Origin: a virus
Direction: 5' to 3' (one strand)
IMG/VR virus record: IMGVR_UViG_3300031963_000102
Location: 5,732-69,731 of that record
Length of the DNA stretch: 64,000 nucleotides
Below are positions 21,029-30,666 of this stretch, piece by piece (positions within the stretch are counted from its first letter, which is position 1; every line of letters begins with the position of its first letter). The position numbers and the translations under genes are program-made. The notes under the pieces were generated by a model. The model had not been told where the DNA came from. It saw only the letters and a list, made by a program, of their open reading frames with translations, and did no database searches.

Positions 21029-21221
21029 TAACACAGTTCTGAAGCCTGGAGACTTGTGTTATTTCTCCGGGAATGTTGGAGTGCCATGCGTATATTTGGG
21101 CATTGCTACGGTTCCTCTGTTTCTTGGAATGGACCATACTTTCCTGGACGAACACGGACACGTTTGTTACACGGTTTATGGAAACCTAAAACCATGGAAG
21201 GATGATGTGGCTCAGTGTTGA
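21015..21221 (+). CDS. Small PG-L family protein
   Basis: LKPGDLCYF...PCVYLG...LKPW. Confidence 0.6.
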   Translation: MQTDSNTVLKPGDLCYFSGNVGVPCVYLGIATVPLFLGMDHTFLDEHGHVCYTVYGNLKPWKDDVAQC

Positions 21222-21385
21222 AACCAGGAGAACTGTGTTACTGGGTTCCATACCCATATGAACCCTGTGTCTATCTAGGTTTGACAGCAGATGGCTGTAG
21301 ACACAGGTTCTTTATGGAAGGCATCGTGTGTGTGACTTCCGACTTCAGATTGTTGAGACCATGGAAGAAAATAACAACAACTTGA
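21215..21385 (+). CDS. Small PG-L family protein (56 aa, below ORF-track cutoff)
   Basis: GTG start; LKPGELCYW..PCVYLG...LRPW, paralog of 21015. Confidence 0.6.
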   Translation: MLKPGELCYWVPYPYEPCVYLGLTADGCRHRFFMEGIVCVTSDFRLLRPWKKITTT

Positions 21386-21555
21386 CTCTGAAACCAGGAG
21401 ACTTGTTCCTTGACACGGTTGGGGACTTGGTGATGATTCTGATTGTCAATGAACACCACATTCGATACTGTGCAATCGGTGACATTGGCACTCACAGATA
21501 TTGGATCACAACGGTGCAAGTCATAGCTGCATTCTGGAAGAAGGTATCCGAATGA
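21361..21555 (+). CDS. Small PG-L family protein
   Basis: LKPGDLFL...FWKKVSE. Confidence 0.55.
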   Translation: MEENNNNLTLKPGDLFLDTVGDLVMILIVNEHHIRYCAIGDIGTHRYWITTVQVIAAFWKKVSE

Positions 21556-21731
21556 AAGGGAAAGACATAAAGCCGGGAGAACTGTACAGAACCAAGGCAG
21601 GATTCTTGCGCTTTATCCTTTCTGTCGAACCGGCGAAGTCAGGAACACACTTCATCTTCTTTATGGAAGCTGATGGAGAGACATACTGGGTTGGTTGTGT
21701 CGCAGCTAGCGACTGGACCAAGCTCTCATGA
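21552..21731 (+). CDS. Small PG-LY family protein
   Basis: IKPGELYRT...EADGET...DWTKLS; ATGA-coupled. Confidence 0.6.
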   Translation: MKGKDIKPGELYRTKAGFLRFILSVEPAKSGTHFIFFMEADGETYWVGCVAASDWTKLS

Positions 21732-21855
21732 CACATACCGCCAGAACGCTCTATACGGTTATCTACGGCGTTGCAACAACAACGTCATACAAGCTTAGGT
21801 TCGAGACAAGGGAAGCCTCTAATAAGGCTTGCAGGAAGACAGAAGGGTAATCTAG

Positions 21856-22428
21856 ATGACAACAACAGCAGGCACCATCATTCTCGGTCTTGACATAAGC
21901 ACATCGGTTGTTGGTGTGTGTTTGCTGGATGCTTCAACTGGAGTTCTTGTTGACCTTCAGCCCATAAGGCTTACAAGTTCGAAGCTGCTTACTATGTGGG
22001 ACAAGGCTGATGCTGCTATAGCTGGCATCAAATCCATAGTAGGACAGCATACAGTGATGAAGGTGTATGTGGAAGCAAACGCCAAGATGTTCTCTGTAGG
22101 ATTCTCCAGCGCTGACACCTTGATGACTCTTGCCAAGTTCAACGGCATTGTGTCTTATCTGTGTCACAAGGCATTCGCTGCTCCCATAGTCGATGTCAAC
22201 GTGTCTTCGGCAAGGAAAGCTGTGGGATTCAAGAACACCAAAACAGACAAGAGACCTGTGAAAGAGAAAGTGTTCGAGTTCGTAACAACGCTTCATCCAG
22301 AGTTTCCATGGAAGAAGCATGTTGCGAAGACCGGAAAGTCACAAGGGCAAGAAGTGTTCGATTCAGACATGAAGGACTGCTCGGACGCTTGGGTCATTGC
22401 AGCGGGCGGCAAGAACCTGTGCTTGTGA
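21856..22428 (+). CDS. RuvC-like Holliday junction resolvase
   Basis: ILGLDISTSVVG, VYVE, LAKFNGIV, ARKAVG...KEKV, DCSDAWVIA catalytic pattern. Confidence 0.85.
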   Translation: MTTTAGTIILGLDISTSVVGVCLLDASTGVLVDLQPIRLTSSKLLTMWDKADAAIAGIKSIVGQHTVMKVYVEANAKMFSVGFSSADTLMTLAKFNGIVSYLCHKAFAAPIVDVNVSSARKAVGFKNTKTDKRPVKEKVFEFVTTLHPEFPWKKHVAKTGKSQGQEVFDSDMKDCSDAWVIAAGGKNLCL

Positions 22429-22433
22429 CGGTC

Positions 22434-22440
22434 TAGTTAT
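22434..22440 (+). promoter_or_regulatory. Putative late promoter motif TAGTTAT-N5-ATG
   Basis: Same motif and spacing at 23975, 43544 and (as TATCTAT) 30651 on the minus strand. Confidence 0.55.
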
Positions 22441-22445
22441 CAGGC

Positions 22446-23966
22446 ATGAATGACAAGCTACGTTCTCAGCTGAGAACCATCATCCTTGCTGAGATAACAA
22501 AGTATCAGAAAGTAATGGGACAAGAGTTTCCTCGTTGGAAAGACCAGCTTGCGAAGCATGTCGACCAAGGAAACTTCGTGACTTTCACGGACATACCTGA
22601 GTTGAGCTTGAACCCTGTAAACAGCTATAGCACACCAACAGGCATCTACTGCTACGAACTAGCGACAGGTAAGATGTCAGGTTTCGGTACAACCAGACCA
22701 TATGCTATCGTGTTCAGACCAAAGCCAGGGTTGAACATTCTGAAGCTCGGGGAATACTCGGAAGCACAGTTCGATGCTGACGCCAAGAAGTTGGAGACAG
22801 CTTTCACAGATGAAGACCTAGGTCCAACAGGGCCAACAAGACGCATGTACAAGCGCATGGCTTCCGAGAATCCAGGAAGAGCGATATGGCATTTGACCGA
22901 ATCATACTCTGAAAAGATACAACACGACAAGTATTACAAGTCATTGAACAATCCACGCAAGACTACTCCGGATGTTAGGAACGTGCCTCAGTCTGGAGAG
23001 AACGAGTGGACAAAGCTTTTTCTGAACGTGTTGGGATACCATGGAGTTATTGACCCAGGACTGTCCATCATTCACGAGAACGAACCAGCACAAGCTGTGT
23101 TTTGGCACGCAGGGCTGCTTCAAGTTGTTGAATTTGTTCAGAAGAGCAGGAAGGGCTGGTCAGCCGACCACCAGAACGAAAAGAACCCAACCCAGCAGAA
23201 CCTCACGGCTTTCAAACAAGCCATAAATAGCGGAACAGTTGAAGGGTTGACATGGCCCGAGTTGTTGCCGTTCGACAACAAAACAGTCAAGAACGTCAAC
23301 TTCAAGCACAGCGTGTTCACACCGAAGTCTATGGCTGGCTCAACCTTCGAGAACGTGTCCTTCATCGACACGGCGTTCTGGGCGTTCGGCTCGAAGGGTG
23401 CAGAGAACTGCACATTCAAGAATGTCAGAGCGGCATCAAGCGATCCGGATTCCTTCTTGAAGTTCTTGGGAAGACAAATAACCAACTGCACCTTCATTGA
23501 TGTGCATGCGACTGGGTTTGCTCCGGGCAAGATCGTTGGGTCCAAGATAACCAACATGTCATTCTCAAACGTCGCCAGTCCCAGGTCGGATGTTGTGACT
23601 TACGGTCTAGACACTATCAACGGTTTGCTGTTCTCCAAGTGTTTGTCCTCGAAGTTGAGGATGCAGTTCTCGGAAGGCTTAGCGAAGAACGTTGTGTTTG
23701 AAGGGTGCGAGCTCGGAGAGCTCTACATTTCTGAACAAGGGTTGTTCGACGCAGCGTTCAAGGACACCACAATCAAGAACGTGTACTTGCACGGAGAACT
23801 ACAGCTCAACAACGTTGACTTCACAGGGTTGAAGGTGTTGGGTAAGTTCTCTATGATTGTTGGAAACGACTCGGTCATCAACAACGTCAAGCTCACAAGA
23901 GAGCTCTATGACAAGTTGGAAGCGGCAGAACCTATCAAGGCTAGACTCACCGTTGTTGATGGATGA
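22446..23966 (+). CDS. Paralog 1: putative ART-like domain + pentapeptide-repeat beta-helix; probable internal head protein
   Basis: TPTGIYCY...LGYHGVID...HENEPAQAVF; C-half with [NG]xxF repeats at 5-aa spacing; leader LRTIILAEI. Confidence 0.6.
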   Translation: MNDKLRSQLRTIILAEITKYQKVMGQEFPRWKDQLAKHVDQGNFVTFTDIPELSLNPVNSYSTPTGIYCYELATGKMSGFGTTRPYAIVFRPKPGLNILKLGEYSEAQFDADAKKLETAFTDEDLGPTGPTRRMYKRMASENPGRAIWHLTESYSEKIQHDKYYKSLNNPRKTTPDVRNVPQSGENEWTKLFLNVLGYHGVIDPGLSIIHENEPAQAVFWHAGLLQVVEFVQKSRKGWSADHQNEKNPTQQNLTAFKQAINSGTVEGLTWPELLPFDNKTVKNVNFKHSVFTPKSMAGSTFENVSFIDTAFWAFGSKGAENCTFKNVRAASSDPDSFLKFLGRQITNCTFIDVHATGFAPGKIVGSKITNMSFSNVASPRSDVVTYGLDTINGLLFSKCLSSKLRMQFSEGLAKNVVFEGCELGELYISEQGLFDAAFKDTTIKNVYLHGELQLNNVDFTGLKVLGKFSMIVGNDSVINNVKLTRELYDKLEAAEPIKARLTVVDG

Positions 23967-23974
23967 CAGAGCTC

Positions 23975-23981
23975 TAGTTAT
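23975..23981 (+). promoter_or_regulatory. Putative late promoter motif TAGTTAT-N5-ATG
   Basis: ctagttatcaggcATGaatga, identical to 22433. Confidence 0.55.
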
Positions 23982-23986
23982 CAGGC

Positions 23987-25576
23987 ATGAATGAATCTCA
24001 ACGCCTTCAACTGAAGGCCATCATACTTGCTGAAATCAACAAGTACCAGAGGGTCACGGGTCAACGGTTTCCTCGCTGGAAGACCAAACTCAACCAGTAC
24101 GTTGACAAGGGATACTTTGTCACGTTCACCTCTGTTCCAGAACTCAGTTTGAATCCTGTCAACGACTACAACACTCCAACAGGCATCTACAGCTATCAGT
24201 TGGCAACAGGAAACAAAGTTGCTGACTTCGCAACGAACAGACAGTATGCTATCGTGTTCAAGCCGAAACCAGGGTTGAACCTGTTGAACCTTCAGAAGTA
24301 CAACCTAGGACAGTACGATGCTGACAAGCAGAAGCTGTTGAAGCTTTTGCCCGATCCAATGGTTGCTGGGTTCATTGAGGAAGCAGAAGAGAATGCCAAG
24401 GTTCAGAGCTACGGCGGTTATCTCTGGTACGTTACTCGTGCGATAGCCAACCAGCTAGAAAAGCACAAGGAAACCGCCAGAAGGAACAACACGGGCGAGA
24501 TGTCGGTAAAGGACAAGAAAAAGGCTGTGTGGAATGACACTTCTCATTTGCAGCGTGTCATTCCGATAGATGCGGCGAACGAGTGGACAAAGATACTCCG
24601 AAACACTCTGGGATACCATGGGGTAATCGATGAAGGTGACGGAATCATTCACTCGCACGAACCCGCTCAAGCCGTGTTCTGGGAGTCCAGGTACCTTGCC
24701 ACAGTCGAGATGATTGAGAAGGAAAAGACCGAGTGGAGCCCAGACACACACTATGAACAGAACGACACCGAAGAGACACTAACAGCCTTCCGAATGCAGC
24801 TGAAGGCCGGAACAGTTGAAGGTCTCACATGGCCTTCGGACATACCATTCAAGGGCAAGACTTTGAAGAACGTGACTCTTCGAAACGCTGCGTTCAGGCC
24901 GTCAACGATGGAAGGTGCTACTGTGCAGAACGTAAGGTTCATGAACAGTAAGTTCGGAGTTGCCAACGCCTACGAAGGCTTGTACAAGGCTACACTGAGC
25001 AACGTGTCCGTTCAACTCGACAAGGCATCGTCTTCCAACCCGATGCTCGGGGACAGGGTGGATACATGCAAGCTAGAAAACATCCATGGCAAAGGGACAG
25101 CTCCCATGGGTAGGATATATCAAACAACCATCAACAACTTGTCTGTTGAAGACTTCTATCTACAATCCCGATTGATCTGCACGCTTCACAAGTGCAACGT
25201 CGACGGGTACATGATGAAGGGATGTAGCTCCATGTCCTATAACTTGGAGTTCGAGGCGTCCACAATAGAAAACCTTGTGATAGACGACTGCAAGCTTGGA
25301 ACGGTACACTTTGACACGTCGTACCTTACCGACGCAGTGTTCAAGGACACAAGGCTCGACTTCTTGGTGCTGGTAGCTACTAATCTTACCAATGTCGACC
25401 TGACAGGACTAACAGTAATTCATGCGCTTCGTGCTTTGCGCTATAATGCCGCATCAGTTGCCAAAATCCACAACGTCAAGGTCACAAGAGAACTGTTCAA
25501 CAAGATAGACGGTCCCGAAGAGTTCAAGAGCAAGCTTACCGTCGTCGATGCTCCTGCCACTTCGCCTGCAGTCTAG
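23987..25576 (+). CDS. Paralog 2: putative ART-like domain + pentapeptide repeats
   Basis: TPTGIYSY...LGYHGVID...HSHEPAQAVF; leader LKAIILAEI. Confidence 0.6.
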   Translation: MNESQRLQLKAIILAEINKYQRVTGQRFPRWKTKLNQYVDKGYFVTFTSVPELSLNPVNDYNTPTGIYSYQLATGNKVADFATNRQYAIVFKPKPGLNLLNLQKYNLGQYDADKQKLLKLLPDPMVAGFIEEAEENAKVQSYGGYLWYVTRAIANQLEKHKETARRNNTGEMSVKDKKKAVWNDTSHLQRVIPIDAANEWTKILRNTLGYHGVIDEGDGIIHSHEPAQAVFWESRYLATVEMIEKEKTEWSPDTHYEQNDTEETLTAFRMQLKAGTVEGLTWPSDIPFKGKTLKNVTLRNAAFRPSTMEGATVQNVRFMNSKFGVANAYEGLYKATLSNVSVQLDKASSSNPMLGDRVDTCKLENIHGKGTAPMGRIYQTTINNLSVEDFYLQSRLICTLHKCNVDGYMMKGCSSMSYNLEFEASTIENLVIDDCKLGTVHFDTSYLTDAVFKDTRLDFLVLVATNLTNVDLTGLTVIHALRALRYNAASVAKIHNVKVTRELFNKIDGPEEFKSKLTVVDAPATSPAV

Positions 25577-25617
25577 GATACCCGTTCCTGCCCCTATACG
25601 CCCCAACAGAGCCATCC

Positions 25618-27282
25618 ATGAACAAGAACAACCTAACCCTCAAGCAAGCACTGAAGTCGATTGTACTGGCAGAGATAACCCGCTACAAGAAAGAGATGGG
25701 AGTGCAGCCACCGAACTGGTCAGCAAGACTGAATGTCTATGCCAACCAGCCCGGATACTTCATGACCTTCGTTTCCATTCCGAAGCTGGGCATCAACCCT
25801 GTGAACACGTATGGAACTCCTACCGGCATCTACGCTTACCCTATCCTTCAAGGAACGGACAGCGATTTTGCCAGAGAGAAGAAGTACGTCATCGTGTTCA
25901 AGCCCAAACCAGGAGTGAAGCTGTTGAGTATGCAGGAGTACACAGAAGAACAGCTGACGGCTGACATCAACACACTCTGGAGCAAGTATGCCAAGGTGTT
26001 CTCGGAAGAAATGGCTATGCCAAGCATTTCTCATGTGCTGGCCAGAGCAAAAAAGGATGCAATTGTTGTGGCCAAGAAGGCTCAGAGCATAAGCTATCTG
26101 TGGTTCGTGACAAGGTGGTTGGCCATCTCAACGAACAAGCTCAAGTACGGCAAGAAAGCAAAAGAGAAGGCGGGAAGCGATGACGGCTGGAACGACAACT
26201 GGCAAGAAGAGAACCCAAGGAAGATTGAAGCCGTAGCTCCAAACGAGTGGGCAAGAATACTTCGTAATGACTTGGGCTATCAGGGTGTTGTTGACATGGG
26301 CTATGGATTGATTCATGAGAGCGAACGCTATCAAGCCGTGTTCTTCTCTGCATCTACCCTGGACACTGTTGAGCTCATTCAGAAGCCGTCAGAAGAGGAC
26401 AAGCCAGGAACGCCAACATACATCGTTCCTGGCGAAGAAACGAAGCAGCTTCACGCCATGGTTGCCGCAGGACAAGACTTGAAGGAATTCCCTGTAAACT
26501 TCAAGGTGAGCGTCCAGAACTTCTCAGGCAAGACCCTGAAGGGGCTCACAACCACAGATAAAGATGGCTTTATCTACGGCAACACGTTCCAGGGTTCGAG
26601 CCTTGTTGGTTGGAGATTCAAGAGCGGAACCTTCGCCGCCAACAACCTGCGAAGCGCCAAACTCAAGAACGTAATCTTCGGTGGCCAGGAACAAGGTCAG
26701 GGCATGAAGCTCTACAGAAACAAGTTCATCAACACAACGATGGATGGTATATCTCTTCATCACGTCAACGTGAACTCTGACACGTATGGAGGCTCTGCTA
26801 TATCCAACTTGGGCGTTATGGGTTCGTACTTTTCAAACGCCAACATCAGAGGTGCAAAAATCAACAGCTTCACCGTAAGCGAAACAACCTTCGGTGCTTG
26901 CGACATTGAGTTGTCAACATTTAGCAACGGTGAGTTCTTTACTTGCCAGTTCAGAGATATGTCGGCAGGCTCAACACATGATGCAACCAACGGCATCAAC
27001 TGCTCGGACGTAAAGTTCAAAAACACCAGCTTTGGCGACTGCTACTTCAGATTCTTGTCGGCAACGAACGTTGTGTTCGAAGGGTGTATTTTCAGTGGAG
27101 GCAGCCTTGTGTTCAACGGCGACGTGTCAACCGTCAAGCTCTCGAACGTTGCTTTTATCAACAAAGTGTCAATGCACCAAGACACATACGACAAGCTGTT
27201 GGCTAACAATCCCGAGCTGGAAGAGGCTAAGGCCGAGAAGGGCATTGTAACGTACAGCCTAAAGGCTAAAGCAACTGGTTGA
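25618..27282 (+). CDS. Paralog 3: putative ART-like domain + pentapeptide repeats
   Basis: TPTGIYAY...LGYQGVVD...HESERYQAVF; NNLRSAKLKNVIF, FSNANIRGAKI repeats; leader LKSIVLAEI. Confidence 0.6.
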   Translation: MNKNNLTLKQALKSIVLAEITRYKKEMGVQPPNWSARLNVYANQPGYFMTFVSIPKLGINPVNTYGTPTGIYAYPILQGTDSDFAREKKYVIVFKPKPGVKLLSMQEYTEEQLTADINTLWSKYAKVFSEEMAMPSISHVLARAKKDAIVVAKKAQSISYLWFVTRWLAISTNKLKYGKKAKEKAGSDDGWNDNWQEENPRKIEAVAPNEWARILRNDLGYQGVVDMGYGLIHESERYQAVFFSASTLDTVELIQKPSEEDKPGTPTYIVPGEETKQLHAMVAAGQDLKEFPVNFKVSVQNFSGKTLKGLTTTDKDGFIYGNTFQGSSLVGWRFKSGTFAANNLRSAKLKNVIFGGQEQGQGMKLYRNKFINTTMDGISLHHVNVNSDTYGGSAISNLGVMGSYFSNANIRGAKINSFTVSETTFGACDIELSTFSNGEFFTCQFRDMSAGSTHDATNGINCSDVKFKNTSFGDCYFRFLSATNVVFEGCIFSGGSLVFNGDVSTVKLSNVAFINKVSMHQDTYDKLLANNPELEEAKAEKGIVTYSLKAKATG

Positions 27283-27991
27283 GAGAGTCTTCGAAGCCAA
27301 CCTTCTTGCTGAACCTGCTCTCTTCAATGACTCCTGGCAAGTAGAACCCTGTGATGGCAACAGGACCGAAGCTCATCACTTCGTACTCTTTCCAGCCTTC
27401 TGTTTCGTTCTCGTGCCCCAACAGCACAGCAAGAGATGGGTTGCCAAAGAGCTTGTTGCTCTTGTTTGAAGTCTCGGCGGTGAAGATAACAGGAACAACG
27501 CCGGTAATAGGGGCGTTCTGCTTGTATGCATACACTCTGGCAAACTCAACAGCAACTTTCGGAGACGTAGTCCAACTCTGAATGGGAGAGCCTGCTTCGC
27601 CTTTCGGCGTCAACTTACCAACCAGGGAAACCTTTCTTGGTTGTGACCTGTTCTCAGAAGCATACCAGTCATCCAGAGACGGAACACCTGCCTTCTCTAG
27701 CATGGGTGCCAGCTGAGCAACATCAATACGTATGCCCCTGTAGATAACGACACCTTCAGGTGGTCCCAGAAACCTCTTGTAGTTGCCTAGCTTTACTTGT
27801 TTCAGAATGTCTGGTACCTGTTGGACCAACGGCATGTCACGACGAGAGCTGTTGTAGTGGCCATCCAAGGCCGTATACAAGTCATCTTCTTTCTTCGTGT
27901 TCGGTTCATCCGGAAGGCCCTCTTCCTTTCGAACAGGAGCAAACAGGTATTGCCCGAAGATATCATCTGGTTTTGCTTCCGGAGATGTCAT
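27266..27991 (-). CDS. Putative R-S-E class ADP-ribosyltransferase (paralog C)
   Basis: IYRG...QSWTTSPKVA..F...EYEV. Confidence 0.6.
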   Translation of the reverse strand: MTSPEAKPDDIFGQYLFAPVRKEEGLPDEPNTKKEDDLYTALDGHYNSSRRDMPLVQQVPDILKQVKLGNYKRFLGPPEGVVIYRGIRIDVAQLAPMLEKAGVPSLDDWYASENRSQPRKVSLVGKLTPKGEAGSPIQSWTTSPKVAVEFARVYAYKQNAPITGVVPVIFTAETSNKSNKLFGNPSLAVLLGHENETEGWKEYEVMSFGPVAITGFYLPGVIEESRFSKKVGFEDSLNQLL

Positions 27992-28689
27992 TCTAGCCCC
28001 AGCACTCTCAAGTCAGAAACATCGAACTTGTACATGCTATAGCCGCCAGCGTTGACAACGGGAGCTATCACAATCTTGTCGTAGATGACCGTTCCGTAGC
28101 TCAGCGTTTCTCTTTCGTCATCGATGTCTGGGTTCAGTGTGTCGTATACCTTCGGATTCCCGAGGAACATGTTCCCTCGCCTCGCAGGGTTAGCAATGAA
28201 CAACACAGGAATAGTGTCGCTTGACCAAGCTGTCCAACCTGAGAACGTAATAGCGATTTCCGGACTCATGGACCAACCCTGAAGAGGAGACTTCACAGGT
28301 TCCATCTTGCCCGGACCAACGATGATTCGTGCTGGTGTTTCATCTCCTGTCAGCTTGAACTGTTGTTGCAGCGTAGGCAGCTTCTTCTTTTTCAGCAAGG
28401 CGTCAATCTTCGTCCTGCCAATGTTCAAGCCTCTGTATACCATCATCTTGGGTGGAGCCAACAGGGGCTTGTACTTCCCAGCTTTCAACAACGCAAACAA
28501 CTCAGGCATCCGTTTCGCCAACGCCGGTTTCTTGTTGTCTTCGTAGTATTCAATGAAGTCGCCGCCAACACTGTCTTCTTCAGCCGTGTTGTCTTCCACA
28601 GCCTTGATGTCCTTCCTGTCATTTGCAAACAGGTATTGACCGAAGATGTCGGTCGGTAACGCTTCTGGTTTTGGTGTTGTCTTTGCCAT
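27988..28689 (-). CDS. Putative R-S-E class ADP-ribosyltransferase (paralog B)
   Basis: VYRG...QGWSMSPEIA..F...ERET; shared PEA.P.DIFGQYLF N-terminus. Confidence 0.6.
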   Translation of the reverse strand: MAKTTPKPEALPTDIFGQYLFANDRKDIKAVEDNTAEEDSVGGDFIEYYEDNKKPALAKRMPELFALLKAGKYKPLLAPPKMMVYRGLNIGRTKIDALLKKKKLPTLQQQFKLTGDETPARIIVGPGKMEPVKSPLQGWSMSPEIAITFSGWTAWSSDTIPVLFIANPARRGNMFLGNPKVYDTLNPDIDDERETLSYGTVIYDKIVIAPVVNAGGYSMYKFDVSDLRVLGLE

Positions 28690-28705
28690 GATGACTGTGT
28701 TTCCT

Positions 28706-29413
28706 TCAGAGTTGCTGGGCTAGCTTTACGAGCTCATCTGTATCCATTGATGAAAAATTAGCAAAACTCGGCTCGTAGACGTACGTTCGAGGCAACAGAA
28801 ACCCGTCAATCTCAACGTTCCCATAGCTCAAGACTTCTTGCTCATTTGCAACGGCGGGAGAAATCGTTTTTGTGAGCACAGGGTTTCCGAAGAACTGGTT
28901 TCCTTGTGCGTTGGTTCTAGCAACGAAGATAACTGGCGTGCGATCTCGCCCGCTCTGCGGGATTCCCACGCCCGAGCTAAACGTCATCGCTATACCCATG
29001 GAAAGTGTCCAACCCTGAATCAATGATGTCGTTGGTCTTAGTTTCCCTGGAATGTCGATGGCCATGTACTTTTTTGCTTGTCCGGAATTCCTGTACTGGT
29101 CAATGGTCTTGTACCCGTACTTGACCAGAATCTTGTCAAGCATGGACTTCTGAACATTGAGCCCTCTGTAGACGATAGCATCAGGAGGAGCCAGCAGCGC
29201 TTGATAGTTCCCGGCTTCGATTTGCTTGAGAACATCCGGAACCATGGCCTGAACTTGAAGCTTGCTGTTGTTTTCGTAATAGTTCTTCAAGGCATCCCTT
29301 AGTTTCCATTCCGGCTCTGTGTCCAGTTCCTTCACCTTGCTGAGCTCTCGACGGTTTCTCGGAAACAAATACTGTCCGAAGATGTCATCTGGTTTTGCTT
29401 CTGGAGTTGGCAT
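28706..29413 (-). CDS. Putative R-S-E class ADP-ribosyltransferase (paralog A)
   Basis: VYRG...QGWTLSMGIA..F...EQEV. Confidence 0.6.
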   Translation of the reverse strand: MPTPEAKPDDIFGQYLFPRNRRELSKVKELDTEPEWKLRDALKNYYENNSKLQVQAMVPDVLKQIEAGNYQALLAPPDAIVYRGLNVQKSMLDKILVKYGYKTIDQYRNSGQAKKYMAIDIPGKLRPTTSLIQGWTLSMGIAMTFSSGVGIPQSGRDRTPVIFVARTNAQGNQFFGNPVLTKTISPAVANEQEVLSYGNVEIDGFLLPRTYVYEPSFANFSSMDTDELVKLAQQL

Positions 29414-29428
29414 GATGTCCCAGCTTTC

Positions 29429-30106
29429 TCACTTCACTGCTTTTGTGACTTTTTGAACGAAGCCACCAAGAGACTGGTTGAATGCCTGAAGCATGTTGAT
29501 GTCTTGCTTTCTGCGCAGTGCCTTAGCAAGAGCACGAAGGGACTCAATGGTCTGGTCAGCTTCTTTCGTCGCTTGATCCAACTTCGCTGAGTTGTGCATC
29601 TCAACATCCCCACGATCGTAGTCCTCTTTCAACGCTTCCGCAACACACTCTTGAATGAGCTTGACGAGTTCAGACTTCTTCATGTTCAACTCCTGTAGTC
29701 CTTTTTGTTTTAGCTCCCATGTGGGCACACGAAGCCCGAGAGCATTAGCTATATTCACACGGCCTCTGCCGTCACCGATGGTTGTTATGTCTGAGGTGGT
29801 GACAACAACAACAGGAGGAATGGATCCTTGTGCAATCCATTGTGCTGCTCGCTGAGCCCACGCCTTTCCTCTGAAGGTATTCAAGGCGTTCAACTTTTCT
29901 GTTGTGTCCATACCTTCGAAGCCAGCTGAATCCAAGTCCAACCACGCATCAATGTCATCGTATTGACGGAGGTCATCCACCGACAGAACACCAAGAAAGC
30001 TCAGGTTGAAATCTCTTAGGGCTAACGGCTGGTCGCTGAAGTCAGAAACGTGTTCGATAGCATCTTGCAAATCACGAGCTGACGGTTTTTGTGTGTCATC
30101 GCTCAT
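29429..30106 (-). CDS. ParB/Sulfiredoxin-like domain protein with coiled-coil C-terminus
   Basis: IPPVVVV...IGDGRGRVNIA..LG matches the ParB-N pattern; internal SELVKLIQECVAEAL. Confidence 0.5.
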   Translation of the reverse strand: MSDDTQKPSARDLQDAIEHVSDFSDQPLALRDFNLSFLGVLSVDDLRQYDDIDAWLDLDSAGFEGMDTTEKLNALNTFRGKAWAQRAAQWIAQGSIPPVVVVTTSDITTIGDGRGRVNIANALGLRVPTWELKQKGLQELNMKKSELVKLIQECVAEALKEDYDRGDVEMHNSAKLDQATKEADQTIESLRALAKALRRKQDINMLQAFNQSLGGFVQKVTKAVK

Positions 30107-30639
30107 TGCTCTTTCCCTGTTGTAGCTGCCACCTTCGACTTCCGCTGTTGAACGACGGCTTGCTGCAGCAGGTACACATGGCTCTCGTGTGTATCGAGGA
30201 TTCCAGCTATCATGTTCTCAAGTCCTGGAGACTTGTTCCCAAGGGAACCAACCAGTTCTTTTCCTAGTTCGAGGTATACCTTCTCTGCAAGCAGAGATAC
30301 CACGAGATAGGACAGTCCAGGCTTGGTTACCTTTTCCATGAACTTCTTGACAGCTGCTACCCTTGCGAAGTAGTTGGTGAGTTTCGGATCGTTGGACAGT
30401 CCGATGAGCTTCTCTCCAACAAGGTCAACCTCTGGAGCTATTCCCTCATATAGCCTCTGAAACAGAAGGTGGTTGCCATAAAACTCATGACCGGCTGTCT
30501 GCCAGTGATGGCTGTGATGGATCATCTGGAGTGCCTCTGTAACGGCCAAGAAGGCGGCAAGAGGCGACCATTCAGAGTTGCCAAACAGTTGGGAGCATTC
30601 CTTCAGTGAAGGCGCTGCAGAGTGTCCTGGGGTGTGCAT
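30103..30639 (-). CDS. Dps/ferritin-like protein
   Basis: HHWQTAGHEFYGNHLLFQRLYE...VDLVGEK...HESHVYLL. Confidence 0.8.
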   Translation of the reverse strand: MHTPGHSAAPSLKECSQLFGNSEWSPLAAFLAVTEALQMIHHSHHWQTAGHEFYGNHLLFQRLYEGIAPEVDLVGEKLIGLSNDPKLTNYFARVAAVKKFMEKVTKPGLSYLVVSLLAEKVYLELGKELVGSLGNKSPGLENMIAGILDTHESHVYLLQQAVVQQRKSKVAATTGKEQ

Positions 30640-30644
30640 GTCAT

Positions 30645-30651
30645 ATAGATA
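30645..30651 (-). promoter_or_regulatory. Putative late promoter motif variant TATCTAT-N5-ATG
   Basis: Same spacing to the ATG as the TAGTTAT copies. Confidence 0.45.
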
Positions 30652-30666
30652 TGCACAGACGAAGCC

